NCBI GenBank assembly: GCA_964016885.1
Contig: OZ024740.1
Location: 86,490,001-86,554,000 of the forward strand
Source of the DNA: Eledone cirrhosa
Taxonomy: Eukaryota
Length of the DNA: 64,000 bases
Direction of reading: 5' to 3'
The translations under genes were made by a program, and so were the position numbers. Numbering within the stretch: position 1 is the stretch's first letter; each line of letters opens with the position of its first letter. Below, piece by piece: positions 36,901 to 49,522 of this stretch. Under the pieces are notes generated by a model. The model made no database searches. It saw only the letters and a program-made list of their open reading frames with translations, and was not told the DNA's origin.

Positions 36901-37800
36901 AAAGCTGATTTTGTCAGACTTCTATTTTAGATATTTTAATATCTTTACAACATAAACACAATCTTATCATGCTAGCTCAGAATAGACCGTGTAATGGGAG
37001 AGGTTAAGTTCTATGCAGAGATGAGTACCAATCCTGAGCTATTGTAGAAAACATCTTATCCGCTATGTACATATTATAGGAATATCTTAAACCAATTGAT
37101 ATTGACAACCAAGGATCATCGAATATATGAAACTTTGATTTTCAAGACACCTATCGGGACTAGAACAATTTTTATAATCTTACTTTGCATATACAAATTA
37201 TTGAGATTCTTCTCTCTCTTACCTCTCTCTCACTCTTTTTTCTCTCTATCTCTCTATATCTTTCTATATATATCTTTTCTAAGCTTGCAGCAATATTAAT
37301 ACCTTGTTTAGTTTTCGTTTTATTAAATATAGCCTTAAGCTAAGGAACTAAATAGGATTTATTCTCGATAAAGTGACAGAAAAGTCTTCTAATGTTGTCG
37401 AACTGGTTAGCGAAGATTAGTAAGATATTCACAAAATATATAAATATCTTCTTTTACAAACGTTTATTATCGAGAACTCTCTAAGACAATATATAACAGC
37501 ATCTTTTACAGGGTTCTCTAAATCTTCATTTATAATTAATTAGCTTATGGAGATTGAAGAGAGGATTTAGAATTTCAGATGACAGCTCGATAATATCATG
37601 TTTAGAATTACACGATGTTTCTCAACTGCCTTTACATATTGTATTAGTGCTTTTGGTTCTCTCGTTTTCAGTTATGTTCTTGTATTGATTTTGCTCACTG
37701 ATTTAGTCGATAAAATCCCAACCCCATGATTTATTTCAGTCTGGTACTCATTCTATAGATCTCTGTTTGTCGAGCACACACGACACACACATGCGCGCGA

Positions 37801-37935
<135 letters not shown>

Positions 37936-38203
37936 TATGATTTCATTGGCTTACTCTCCGATTTGCTTGTATCATTGTACCTTTATATATACGCCTGATA
38001 TTGGATACATTTTGTCTAGGCAATATTTGTTGATATATTATTATATTTCTGCTCCCAACATTGAACTTTAGTCGTGCTGTCTTATAGGACTAACGTTGAG
38101 TTATTTTTTAGCGTTCCACTTGATCCACACGTAAGCTTCTGCGTTCACTGTTGCTGTTGAGTGCATGACCGATGGTTGGACTATGTGCGTTTAGTAAGAT
38201 AAT

Positions 38204-38487
38204 TGTTTCTACATTTGGCACAAGGCCAGCAATTAGCCAGTGTATTATTGGTACTTTATTTTATCGACCCCGTAAGGATGAAAGGCAAAGTTAACCTCGA
38301 TATTAATAATTGTTTCTACTTTAGGCACAAGGCCAGCATTTACCCAGTGCATTACTGGTACTTTATTTTATCAACCCCGTAAGGATGAAAGTCAACCTTG
38401 GCAGGATTTGAACTCAGATCGTAAAGGGACGTCACTATGCTGGAAAGCATGGCGTCCGACCCTCTACCGATACTGCCAATCCACCGC
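38204..38487 (-). mobile_element. SINE dimer (full copy 38311-38487 + 5'-truncated copy 38204-38299) within a 23-bp TSD
   Basis: ctatgtgcgtttagtaagataat occurs at 38181-38203 and 38487-38509. Confidence 0.85.
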
Positions 38488-39111
38488 TATGTGCGTTTAG
38501 TAAGATAATGTCTACTGATGATGGGTCTGTTGTCGTTATGGTACTTGCTATCTAATAATGGTAATTGACACGATTTTTGTCAGCCCTCAAACAGACATTA
38601 GGAATCGGTCTTTACCATCTCCATGTAAGTTCAATATATATATATATATATATATACTTTCATTCGCTTGATCTCCGAATTTCTTATATCATTGTACCTG
38701 TATATATGCGCATGGTCTTGGATATATTTTGTCTAGGCAATATTTACTAAAGACATACAGATACACACAAAAAACAATCTAACAAGACAAATCAGACACA
38801 CACAGATAGAACGAGTAAATACACACATAAATAAATAAACACACACACACAGATGTAACGCATGCGCAAACTAAACACACAACACACAACACACAATAAC
38901 AAGATTGTGTAGGACAGAACATAGGAGAGACACACAAATTAAAAACCTAGTCACTGGGGAGGTCACAAAATGTGTGACGAAAGAGATTTGACAATATATA
39001 AACAATCTTCCGGTTATCGAACCAACCAACGGGAAACTTATAATAAATTGAAATAAATAAAAATTAACAGGTGCGTGTATTTTTATTGACAACATGACCC
39101 TCCCAAAGTAT

Positions 39112-39177
<66 letters not shown>

Positions 39178-39254
39178 GGGGGGAGAGTGAGAGAGAGAGT
39201 GAGTGAGATATGTGTGTGTGAGTTTATATATAGACACACACACATCTCATTCAT

Positions 39255-39528
39255 TGAATTTAAGTGCCCTGAGTGTGGAAAAATTTGCTTGAGTAAATCT
39301 GGTGTCTCAGGAGCCACAGTCGCAGCCATGTTCAAAGCGAACCAGTGAACTATGATCTCCACGGTATTGTGAGGGTTCACAGGCAACCTGATGTAAGGGA
39401 GATCCATAGTTGTCGTCAGTGTGCGAAGGAGTGCAAGTGTCTAGCAGACTTGAGAAGCCATACCCGAGCGTCAGACATCTGAATCTAACAAACGATTGCA
39501 ATACTCTTAGCAGAGTTTGAGCCATCAT
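39255..39528 (+). mobile_element. RTE/BovB-like LINE 3' fragment (C2H2 zinc finger end)
   Basis: FKCPECGKICLSKSG followed by frameshifted LRSHSRSH, like RTE ORF C-termini. Confidence 0.55.
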
Positions 39529-39761
39529 ATAGACACACACACACATATATATATATATATGTGTGTGTGTATTCAATTATAACATTCTGTATTAACATTT
39601 ACTATTACTGTATACTGCCAGTAATATGTACAGTATATACACTATAATTAGTAAAAAATGCACATTTTTTCCGAAAAAATTTGATTACACTGTTTTATTT
39701 TCACATGTATTTTTTTTTATGTTATTTATTCATTATAAAAATTAAATGATAACATTCTATA

Positions 39762-39820
39762 TGTGGGTGGGCCCCCTTTGCCTCCTGGCGACCAATATTT
39801 TTAGACTCAGTCCGCCACTG
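39762..39820. mobile_element. hAT-like DNA transposon terminus
   Basis: Ends agtccgccactg (reverse complement CAGTGGCGGACT) after a gggcccc subterminal motif; same end at 44408-44419. Confidence 0.5.
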
Positions 39821-39825
39821 TATCA

Positions 39826-39871
<46 letters not shown>

Positions 39872-40090
39872 TAATAAAAACAATGAATAAAAACAAAGAA
39901 ACAGTTCCTTATATTAAAAGATTCATCATTTTACGATCGTTTCTAGGACATATATGTGTGTGTTGGTATATATATCTTATAGATCTATGTAAACATTTTA
40001 CAAACTATCAGAGGAAATATACATACCTACACTTATATATGCTGTCTTCTATATATATATATACACACACATATATATGCTGTCTTCTAT

Positions 40091-40147
<57 letters not shown>

Positions 40148-40466
40148 CACACATCATTAAGTTATGCCAATAACGTTTCAAGCTCAATGTAATTCCACAA
40201 TCAGCAAGATAAGATAAATCCTCTCATCAATGGTATAATCCGTAAACCTATTTAAGAATGAAAGTTCGTGTGAGTTTTTCAAACGAGTAGTATGAGTGCG
40301 GTAATGCACAACATTGAGATAATAATAATAATAACGATAACCATATATAAGCCCCGGCTACTCCACCACCAATACATACATTTCCCCCAACAACTAACTA
40401 CTAACAATCGCGTTTGCTACTACATTCACCCCTGTACCACCAATACACACACACACACACACAGCG

Positions 40467-40521
<55 letters not shown>

Positions 40522-41436
40522 ATACACACACATTGCCACCGGAGCTCCCTCGCAAACCACTTCCGTTCTGCGTGCGCCAATACCACTCTTTCCACCTTCC
40601 ACCTCCCCAACTTGATCACTTCCTCTCTGACAACTTCACTAACACCACTCTCTCTATAATCTCTCTTGGGCACCGGATTACACGTGGATATTCAGATACA
40701 CAAATACATGCATAAACATACACGCACTAACCCTCACACGCATGCAAACAAAATAATTTCGCTTCAGACAATATATAAAATCACAAACACACGTGGAAAC
40801 ACAATACATACACACACATCCGACACACACGTGAAAATACGACCACACACAAACATACACACTCACATACATAGAAGCAACAGAAAACAGTCACATACAC
40901 ACGGACACGTAGACTCACGCGTACACACATGCACAAAAACAAAGAACTCCCAGACTCATACACCAGCAATATAAGAATCAAGGACATGCAGATGTACAAA
41001 CCCACAAACAGAAACAATAATGCACACCTACTAATTTCACCATATCAGCACATACATAAATACACCCATGAGACAACTGGACCCTTTACCTCAGCCTCCA
41101 TTCTCGAACGCTGGACCACTCGCCTACAACACCTAACCTTCTTAACATTTTCCAATCTTTCAAGTACCTACCAGTTTTCTCCCTATTCAAGCTCTCTATA
41201 TGCTGACGAAAGACTTCCTCCTAAGCATGATACTAATAAGACATTGTATTTTTGCATTCCTGATTTTCTTTTGTTGTATTTATTGAACGATATATACATA
41301 GTGAGAGGGGGCGCGTAACATGCTCAGTCGCAGAAAATAGCTGTAAGTACAGTCGGTTGCTATAAAATAGCTTATACATTAGAGTAAAGAGCCTTAGTGT
41401 CGGAAAATCATGTTTATAGGAAAATCACGTTTCTCT

Positions 41437-41486
<50 letters not shown>

Positions 41487-41872
41487 TGGCAACCATATAA
41501 GTTTGGCAACCTTTCACGGTGTGGCTCAATGAAGAATTAATTAAGCAAATAATCATTAATCAGAGCTATATATAAAATTGCAAGTCTGAAGAACTATTAG
41601 ATAAAATATATACAGTATTTCCTCTCCTGGTCCGTATAAATCAACCACATAAAAACTCATTTAAACGAGGCTATAAGTTTAAAATGTAGTTATGAAGAAA
41701 TAATAGACAAATGATACAGACTATCTTCCGCGATGTACAGCCATATGTCATTTATCTAATTATTTCTTTTACCCTGTAGAAATTGACTAGACAAATAATT
41801 AACTACACGGAGTTAGGTACAACATAGTAGTTTGAAGAAAAAAGGCACATAAACTTTACCAAAATTCCTTTA

Positions 41873-41957
41873 GTCCCGACCACCGGCGGTTTCGTTACAC
41901 TTTTTGGATATACACGAGCTTGGATCTATCCACGAGGCTTGGAACTCATCAGGAGAT
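41873..41957 (-). ncRNA. Type I hammerhead ribozyme (family D), mirror copy
   Basis: aucuc CUGAUGA guucca...uguaac GAAA ccgccggugg UC gggac; one stem II mismatch. Confidence 0.8.
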
Positions 41958-42345
41958 ACCTCAGACCGGACTAAGTTTGTTCTACCATGATCCCCACCAG
42001 AAATGAATTCAAAATGGCTAAGAACTATCACGTGGCTAGCGGTCAAGGCAGAAAATGTGTGATTGGTTCCTGTCGGCGAGTAGGCTGGTTACTAGAAAGC
42101 TCAGTCGAATACTGCCTAAAGTTTTACTCAACCTTATCGGAGTATATATTAAATTCAAAGGGGTATATATATATATAATTAGACATAATCACAGCTACAT
42201 ATATGAATTTGGCAACCTTTCACGGTGTGGCTCGCACCAATCACAAATTTTCTGCCTTGACCGCTAGCCACGTGAGACTTCTTAGACATTTTGAATTCAT
42301 TTCTGGCGGGGATCATGGTAGAAGAAACTTAGTCCAGTCTGAGGT

Positions 42346-42430
42346 ATCTCCTGATGAGTTCCAAGCCTCGTGGATAGATCTAAGATCGGGTATATCCAAA
42401 AAGTGGAACGAAACCACAGGTGGTCGGGAC
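42346..42430 (+). ncRNA. Type I hammerhead ribozyme (family D) with extended stem II
   Basis: aucuc-CUGAUGA-guucca...uggaac-GAAA-ccac ag gugg-UC^gggac; predicted cleavage after C42425. Confidence 0.85.
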
Positions 42431-42717
42431 TAGAGGAATTTTGGTAAAGTTTATGTTCATTTTTTCTTCAAACTTCTATTTTGTACCTAACTCCGTGTAG
42501 TTAATGATTTGTCTAGTCGATTTCTACAGTCTAAAAGAAATAATTAGATAAATGTGATATGGTTGTACATCGCGGAAGATAGTCTGTATCATTTGTCTAT
42601 TATTTCTTCATAACTACATTTTAAACTTTCGTTTAAATGAGTTTTTATGTGGTTGATTTATACAGACTAGGAGAGGAAATAGTGTATATATGTTATCTAA
42701 TAGTTCTTCAGACTTGC

Positions 42718-42791
<74 letters not shown>

Positions 42792-42917
42792 AAGAGTGTG
42801 TGGTAAGATACCAGGTGGACCATAACGTTTGTTATTTCTCCGGTCTCGGCACCGCAATATATATATTTATATATATATATATATATACATACACTTATAC
42901 AGATATATTTATATATA

Positions 42918-42948
<31 letters not shown>

Positions 42949-42949
<1 letters not shown>

Positions 42950-42996
42950 GCTGACCATCGTTTCTTCCAAACTTTCGTTTGGAGTCATCAGAGCAT
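42949..42996 (-). ncRNA. Minimal type I hammerhead ribozyme (family F)
   Basis: augcu-CUGAUGA-cuccaaac gaaa guuuggaa-GAAA-cgaug-GUC^agcu; 7-bp stem II with GAAA tetraloop. Confidence 0.78.
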
Positions 42997-43913
42997 TATC
43001 AATGTTTGTACATATAATTAACCTCCTATTCAATTGAACAATCATATAGATACATATATATTGATGTTGTGAGCAACAGTTTCGTATTTACAGGGTGTAC
43101 TGGATGCGACATGTATTATACGAGAATTGTACAATAATTCAAATTCAAATTAAAAGCACCGAGTGGAATACATGCAACAGATAATACAAGAGAATAGTCT
43201 AATAATTAAAGAGGTATTGAGAAAGAAGCATTGAGAAAGAAAGAGTACATTAGCAGTACATATGCAAGCGTGTAGAAAGTGCACATGCGTTAGTCATATA
43301 TATGAGAAGGAAATAAGCAAAGGTATTATGCATATATAGATAAATAAATAAGTACTGTATGGTAAGCAAATATGTTAATGTATTAAAATTTATGGCGGAT
43401 GTAATATGTTGATAGTGTTCGAATTTGTGTGTGTTTAGAAAATCAAAGTTATTGTGGTCCTTTCCATTACATATGTTGAATTATATTTTAGTTAATGTTT
43501 ATATTGAAAGTTTTAAGTTAGTTACAGCAATGGATTGTAAATTAGTCTTATTGTATTCTTATTCATGGATTAGAGTTGTTCAACAGTTAGTTTTTCCAAC
43601 GGTTTAATTACCGGAAGTGAGTATGAGATCTAAGATTAAGGGGAGCGAATGAGTAAGGGGAGGTAACTAGCTAATTACATTCAATTATTTAAATTCTTTG
43701 CTCTAATACACATTATAATGTGATACAAGTGAATCTCTATTACATACTGTTATATATTTATACTTAATTTTAAATACAGTGTATTTTCCAATAATACATT
43801 AAAGGTCTCATTAGATTGTTATCTATTCATTACTGGACAAGATATATGATATGGAAAATTGTATAACTGTTTACATGTCCAAGTAGTTAGATCATTTGTG
43901 TAATAATATACTT

Positions 43914-44078
43914 ATTGTGTTAAAAGTGAATCCCTTATATACAATACTATTAATTTATATATCTAATTATAAATGTATATATACTTTATTATTATTATAT
44001 TGTGTTAAAAGTAAATCCCTTATATACTTGCTATTAATTTAAATATTTAATTATAAATGTATATATAATTTATTATTA
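43914..44078 (+). repeat. ~85-bp tandem duplication
   Basis: attgtgttaaaagt.aatcccttatatac...ctattaattt...taattataaatgtatatata..ttattatt occurs twice. Confidence 0.75.
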
Positions 44079-44111
44079 CCTACTACATTAAATGTCTCTA
44101 CATATTATATA

Positions 44112-44311
44112 NNNNNNNNNNNNNNNNNNNNNNNNNNNNNNNNNNNNNNNNNNNNNNNNNNNNNNNNNNNNNNNNNNNNNNNNNNNNNNNNNNNNNNNNN
44201 NNNNNNNNNNNNNNNNNNNNNNNNNNNNNNNNNNNNNNNNNNNNNNNNNNNNNNNNNNNNNNNNNNNNNNNNNNNNNNNNNNNNNNNNNNNNNNNNNNNN
44301 NNNNNNNNNNN
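44112..44311. other. Assembly gap (200 N)
   Basis: Run of N. Confidence 1.
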
Positions 44312-44419
44312 GCAATGCAATTGTGGGCTCTTGCAATGCTACCGTGCTCCCCCCCCCCCCCCCCCCATTGGGGCCCACTTGCCATTGGGCAAGCTGGCAA
44401 CGTAGCCAGTCCGCCACTG
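44312..44419. mobile_element. hAT-like DNA transposon terminus
   Basis: Ends agtccgccactg with a ggggccc subterminal motif; the other end may be lost in the gap. Confidence 0.5.
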
Positions 44420-44422
44420 AAT

Positions 44423-44499
<77 letters not shown>

Positions 44500-45761
44500 C
44501 ATAATGCGGTGCCGAGACCGGAGAGACCACAAGCTAGGAAGGGCTGGTCCTGAATACAACCCGAAAGTGCCTAGCGTCGCGGTCGGGTTTTTTACCTTCC
44601 TATATTATGGGCGCTGCTATATTCTAACTCCGATGTCTAATCAGGCGAGGAAGTAACTCTGTATCAGATTCTATCTCTTCCACTATGGCACCAGAGCTAC
44701 TCCAGGCCAACCTCGATGAGTCTGATGTTGTGACTTTGAACAATATGTCTCCATCCATTCCAATGTGTCAAGTGCAGAACTCCTCTTCTCACTTGAGACA
44801 GGTGTAGTGACTGTCTTTCTCTGCTGCCTTTGATAATATCCCCGAAAGGTGTTTCCTTTCGGTTGTCGCCAGTCGAAGGCTTCTAAACAGTAAGTTAACC
44901 ATTTCCAACAAATCCTCTGACACTTATGTCTACAGGGGGACGTGATGCGTCTTGTCTACCGGTTTCACAGAGTTCAACTAGATCACTGTACTTACTAGTT
45001 TTCCTGCTCAATGCATCATTGTTGTTCACCTTCCTGGAGACAGTAAGTTCCACCACATTTACCTCTTTCCTCTACTTTCTCCACATGGTCTCTTAGTGGT
45101 AAAGAGTGGAAAGTAGTATTTGCCGTCGAGCTCAACTGAGACTTCCCAAATCCCTTCCCATTTTGAATCAGTGTGCTTTCTTATAATGGCTGACTTGTAG
45201 CGTTCGCCTTCCTTACAAAGCTTCATATTTCCTTTCTCCACCACTTCAGGTCATTCACTGTGGTTCAGCTCCACCCTCTCTTCCACTTAGCACCCCCTTC
45301 TACTTTCCAATGTTTTACATTTGTGGGACTCGGATGGAGGTCGTAGATGGAGTGAACTAGAAAACTTGTTCTGGCTGGCCTTCAAAACTGGAGTCGCTTC
45401 CATCCTATCTTACGCTCAACCACAATCTCCTCCCATGTAACACCATCCTTGAGAACGGCGTAGTTACAATACGCTTTGATAAAGAAGCATTTAACACGCT
45501 ATATCTTTAACGGTATCTTCAAATTCGTCCAAAAGACTGAAGATTAGGTCACCAAAAAAATTGATCGCTCTTAGCATGTAGGAAGAGGGTCACAATTGGA
45601 CCTTGAAACCTTAGGTAGCGCTTTTATTCCGAGTATGAACATAAATAATATATTATATTAGCTCTCATAGCTGATTGAGCACTGATTTCCTTCTTCACAT
45701 CCACTGATAATTTACTACACACACGCACACACGCACACGCACACGCACACACACGCACGCA

Positions 45762-45840
<79 letters not shown>

Positions 45841-47819
45841 TTATATATATATATATATATAATATAAATAACCAATGTTTAATACATTATTTAATTGATT
45901 AATTCAAATCCATTCAAATACAGAAGGAGGTAGCATTCAATTCATTTGTATGGAATTCATCAGAATCATTAGATAATATTAAAAATATATTTTTTACCAA
46001 CCGTATGCCAAGTGACTCCAAACACGAAAAATGCGATAAGCGTAAACAAGCTTTACATACAGTGGGGAAAACGTTAACATTTGTGGAAGACTAAACGCGT
46101 AAAATACATGTTTTAGTTAGTAATACATATACTATGTAGTTGTTAGTTTGATTGTTATATTTAATACTCGTATTTTGACTTGAATAAACATTTTAGGGGT
46201 GAAATTAGGGTTTATCGATTTAATAACACGTATTAATTAAAGTCACGACCAATTTTAATTCTAACTATATAGCATGTTAAGAAAAAAAAACAATATGAAT
46301 ATTATGGAAGCGTATATTAGCAATGTTGTATCAATCATTAAGAGGATTTATAATTCTTATGAATTATTAACTTAAATGTTACGACTATTGCTTTAAGATT
46401 GCATTCGTGCGCACATACACTTATACATAGAGACAGACACGGACACGCATATATTCATATATATATATATATATTCATCTATCTTATTGGAAGCGAGAAG
46501 TTAAATAGCTCAAAGTAACGAGTGGTTTCATGCCATATGTGCCTCCTCAGACTTTCCTACACAATCTACATAAAAACAATTAAATGGACTTTGTTTCATA
46601 ATGATTACATTCGAGTTAATATAATCTACTTTCCTATCTTAAAGTGGTCACACTGGTCAACGAAAATGTCTCCCATCGAATCCTGCGATAACATTTCTTT
46701 GATACGCTCTAAATCTATTAAATAGATGGCATCTCCATTCCTTGAAGCTGAAGTATTTCTCCTGTGTATTACAGAGTATACTGCTGGAGGTTTCTGGCTC
46801 TGACTGAGATCAGCATAAGAGATTTAGGAGAATATAATATTTTCTATATCAATGTAATTTTCGCAGCCAATTCTAACCACATATGCCTTCTAACTACTAT
46901 GTAACTGTAAAAAATTCTCGACTTCAGCATTTCTCAACTGCAATCAGTTGACACTCATTTGTTAGAAATTTCAACGAAATCTCATTCAAACTACAAACTA
47001 TCGTCTGAAAAATAAAGGACATATTAGACAATGTATTTACTAATGCTTAACAGGAGACTGCTAATCTCTATGTACGAACAAGGAAAATGGCAATGCCGTT
47101 TGCCGAAAGTTTTTTTTTTTTTTTACAGTAAAACTCTGACCCATACCTAACTATGTCCTTTCTTCATCAGTAGAACTGCTGTTGTTTCTCCGAAAAGCTG
47201 CTGTGAAATACATTTACATAACTGTCTCGTCATCTCCACTGTGTGTGACTTCCTACTATTAGAGAATAAATTAGTATATTTTTGAAGTGCTAATAAAACT
47301 GGATACGTTCAGGAAGACTGGATTTTAGTATTATAAAAACATGATAGATAAGAGATTGATTAATACCAAAGAACCATGATTAATGTATATAATTTTCTGA
47401 AGAAAGGAGTAGCTATCGGAAATTGGGAATTTGAATTTAAGTTTTCGAAGTATAATCACTTTCCTATGTCAATCCACACTTAAGTAAATAGACTCGTTAG
47501 CTGGAAAAGTTGATTCAGCGGATATTGCTAACAGCTATTTGTGGAAGTAATTTGTAATCTTGTCCGCGGATGGTAGCTGATATATGCCGCTCAACCGAGA
47601 GTGGAACGTTTGCCTTTGTTCCAGGTTCTGTTTCCTGGTTTGGGGTTTTATGTTTTTATCTTTTGCGTTTATATTAAAAGAAATTTACATTTATTTTTAT
47701 TTGAAAATCCCCATCATATTTCAGTATTTGATTGGGATCACATACACGTTTTTAACTAGATGGTGGAATATATACAATGAGAGAAATCCATTAGCTTGAC
47801 TTTTATAACGAATAACATA

Positions 47820-48007
47820 CGAGGGTCGGCTGAAAAGTTCATTAGCTGACTATGAAAGAGTGATGCTAGAACTGTGAAATCTTGAATGCATTAATTTCAA
47901 CTCTTCTTATTAATGTTTCTTTCCAGAAATTATGTTGAAAAATAAGCTTCATTTGGTCATTCCATGAGAGTGTCTTGGTCAACCTATAACTTTTCAGCCA
48001 ACCCTCT
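47820..48007. mobile_element. Tc1/mariner-type MITE (~188 bp)
   Basis: TA|cgagggtcggctgaaaagttca...taacttttcagccaaccctct|TA: ~30-bp imperfect TIRs and a TA TSD. Confidence 0.85.
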
Positions 48008-49252
48008 TATCTCAGCATATGTGCATTTGGAAAATATGGTAACAAGTATAAGTACGCATAGATTCTTCATATGAATAGCGCCTGGAATAATGCCACAAAA
48101 ACATACACATACTTTAATAGAATTTTGAAGGATATGCTTTGATCAATATTGAAACAGGGGATGTTTGTATAGTATTTATTTTTTGACAATCCAATAATCA
48201 TTCAAATTGAATTAAAGGTGGGGGGCTCTATTCTGAACATATTGTAATTTATTGATATCTGATCAACTGATAAGCAGCGGATGAAGAAGTTTACATATCT
48301 AATATGGTAAGACATTAATAAGAATTTCACAAGTGACATAGACATGAATTTACGGTTGCATTTTATTTTTGTATTTAAGTTTGCATTTTATTTTTGCATT
48401 TGTTGCAAAACTGCAACAAATCCTATTGATATGAAATTGAAATTTAGTAGCAAATCTAAATTCTGCAAACATATTCCTTCCATTAATAACGAAACACTAG
48501 ATTTACATGATTTAAAAGAATCTCGGAGGATATGAAGATATTTTACAAGATTTAGTTAAAGTGTCATAGAAACAATAGATTACGATTTTGATTTTTGATT
48601 AATGAAATAAAGTTGATAGGAATCAAAACATCTATTGAAAACGATGAGTCCTGGAACTTGCTCACGCTATATCCAAACTGGAGAGAATATGGAAAACCAT
48701 AAAGCTGGTGTTATTGCTTTGACTACATGAGTGGTAAGCTAAGCACAGAACTTCCTCATTTCAAAAACATCTTACATTCTTAGCAGAAATAAGTTGTTGT
48801 GCATTAACACGCGGCCACAAATTTATGAGATGTAGTCAACTATTACTTTTCTAATCGACTCTACAGAGATAAAAGTACATCTGACTCCAAACGGTCTTGA
48901 ACTCAGAGTGCAAAAAAGAATTAAATTCTACTTAAATAAAACTAAATCGAAACTTTGAGAATCTTTGAACATATACTGTATCTTATAAGCAGCATGCTAT
49001 TATATTCCTTTAAAAAAGAAACGAAATTATTTTAATCTGGAGCTATAGAAATCTTATATTCAATATAACGTGATCATTGAGACTGATTAAGGTATGCAAC
49101 CATTTTGTGTTTGTTTTCGATATTAACTTACATCGTTAGAAAATCCAAACAGACATGTACATGTAAACATATTTAGTTTTACTACGGATTACAAACAGTC
49201 ACGTGTATATTAATCAGAATAATACTACTTACTCATGGAACATATTCTGAAG

Positions 49253-49522
49253 GCTCGTGGCGTATTGGTTAGGGCGTTTGATTGAGATTTGTTGTTTCAT
49301 TCAGCAGCACATTTTATTTCACGTTGCTTCAGTCTACTCAATTAGAAAAGAAAATCAGTTGTACTTGTGATACAATGAGCCAGTCATTTCGCACTCTGAA
49401 TCACCCTGAAGTGTACATCAGTCGCTGAAACGTTCAGATAATTTCACGTTAATTTTACGAGCAGGCTGTACCGTTGATCAAACAATTCGAACACTCAGCT
49501 TCGGAACCGACAGGGATCCAAC
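49253..49522 (+). mobile_element. Degenerate tRNA-derived SINE (second family)
   Basis: A-box-like gtggcgtattggttagg; tail gcaggctgtaccgttgatca...cggaaccgacaggga related to 55326-55380. Confidence 0.5.

Larger units (their letters stand above)
41572..42725. mobile_element. ORF-less inverted pLTR pair (~490-bp arms 41572-42067 and 42236-42725), PLE-derived
   Basis: Arms are reverse complements with scattered mismatches, each contains a hammerhead, and (TA)n flanks the pair. Confidence 0.8.

Noticed and set aside
37942-38746. ~90-bp diverged direct repeats at 37942-38030 and 38659-38746 as LTRs
   Set aside because: No TG..CA ends, PBS, PPT or internal coding sequence.
41198-41246. Hammerhead-like CTGACGA...GATActaaTAagaca (related GAAActaaTAagaca fragment at 60-80 minus)
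   Set aside because: GAAA is mutated and stems I/II do not pair. Probably a dead relic, so not listed as a feature.
44640-45470. GC-richer segment possibly from an old RTE-like LINE
   Set aside because: No diagnostic motif could be recovered confidently.
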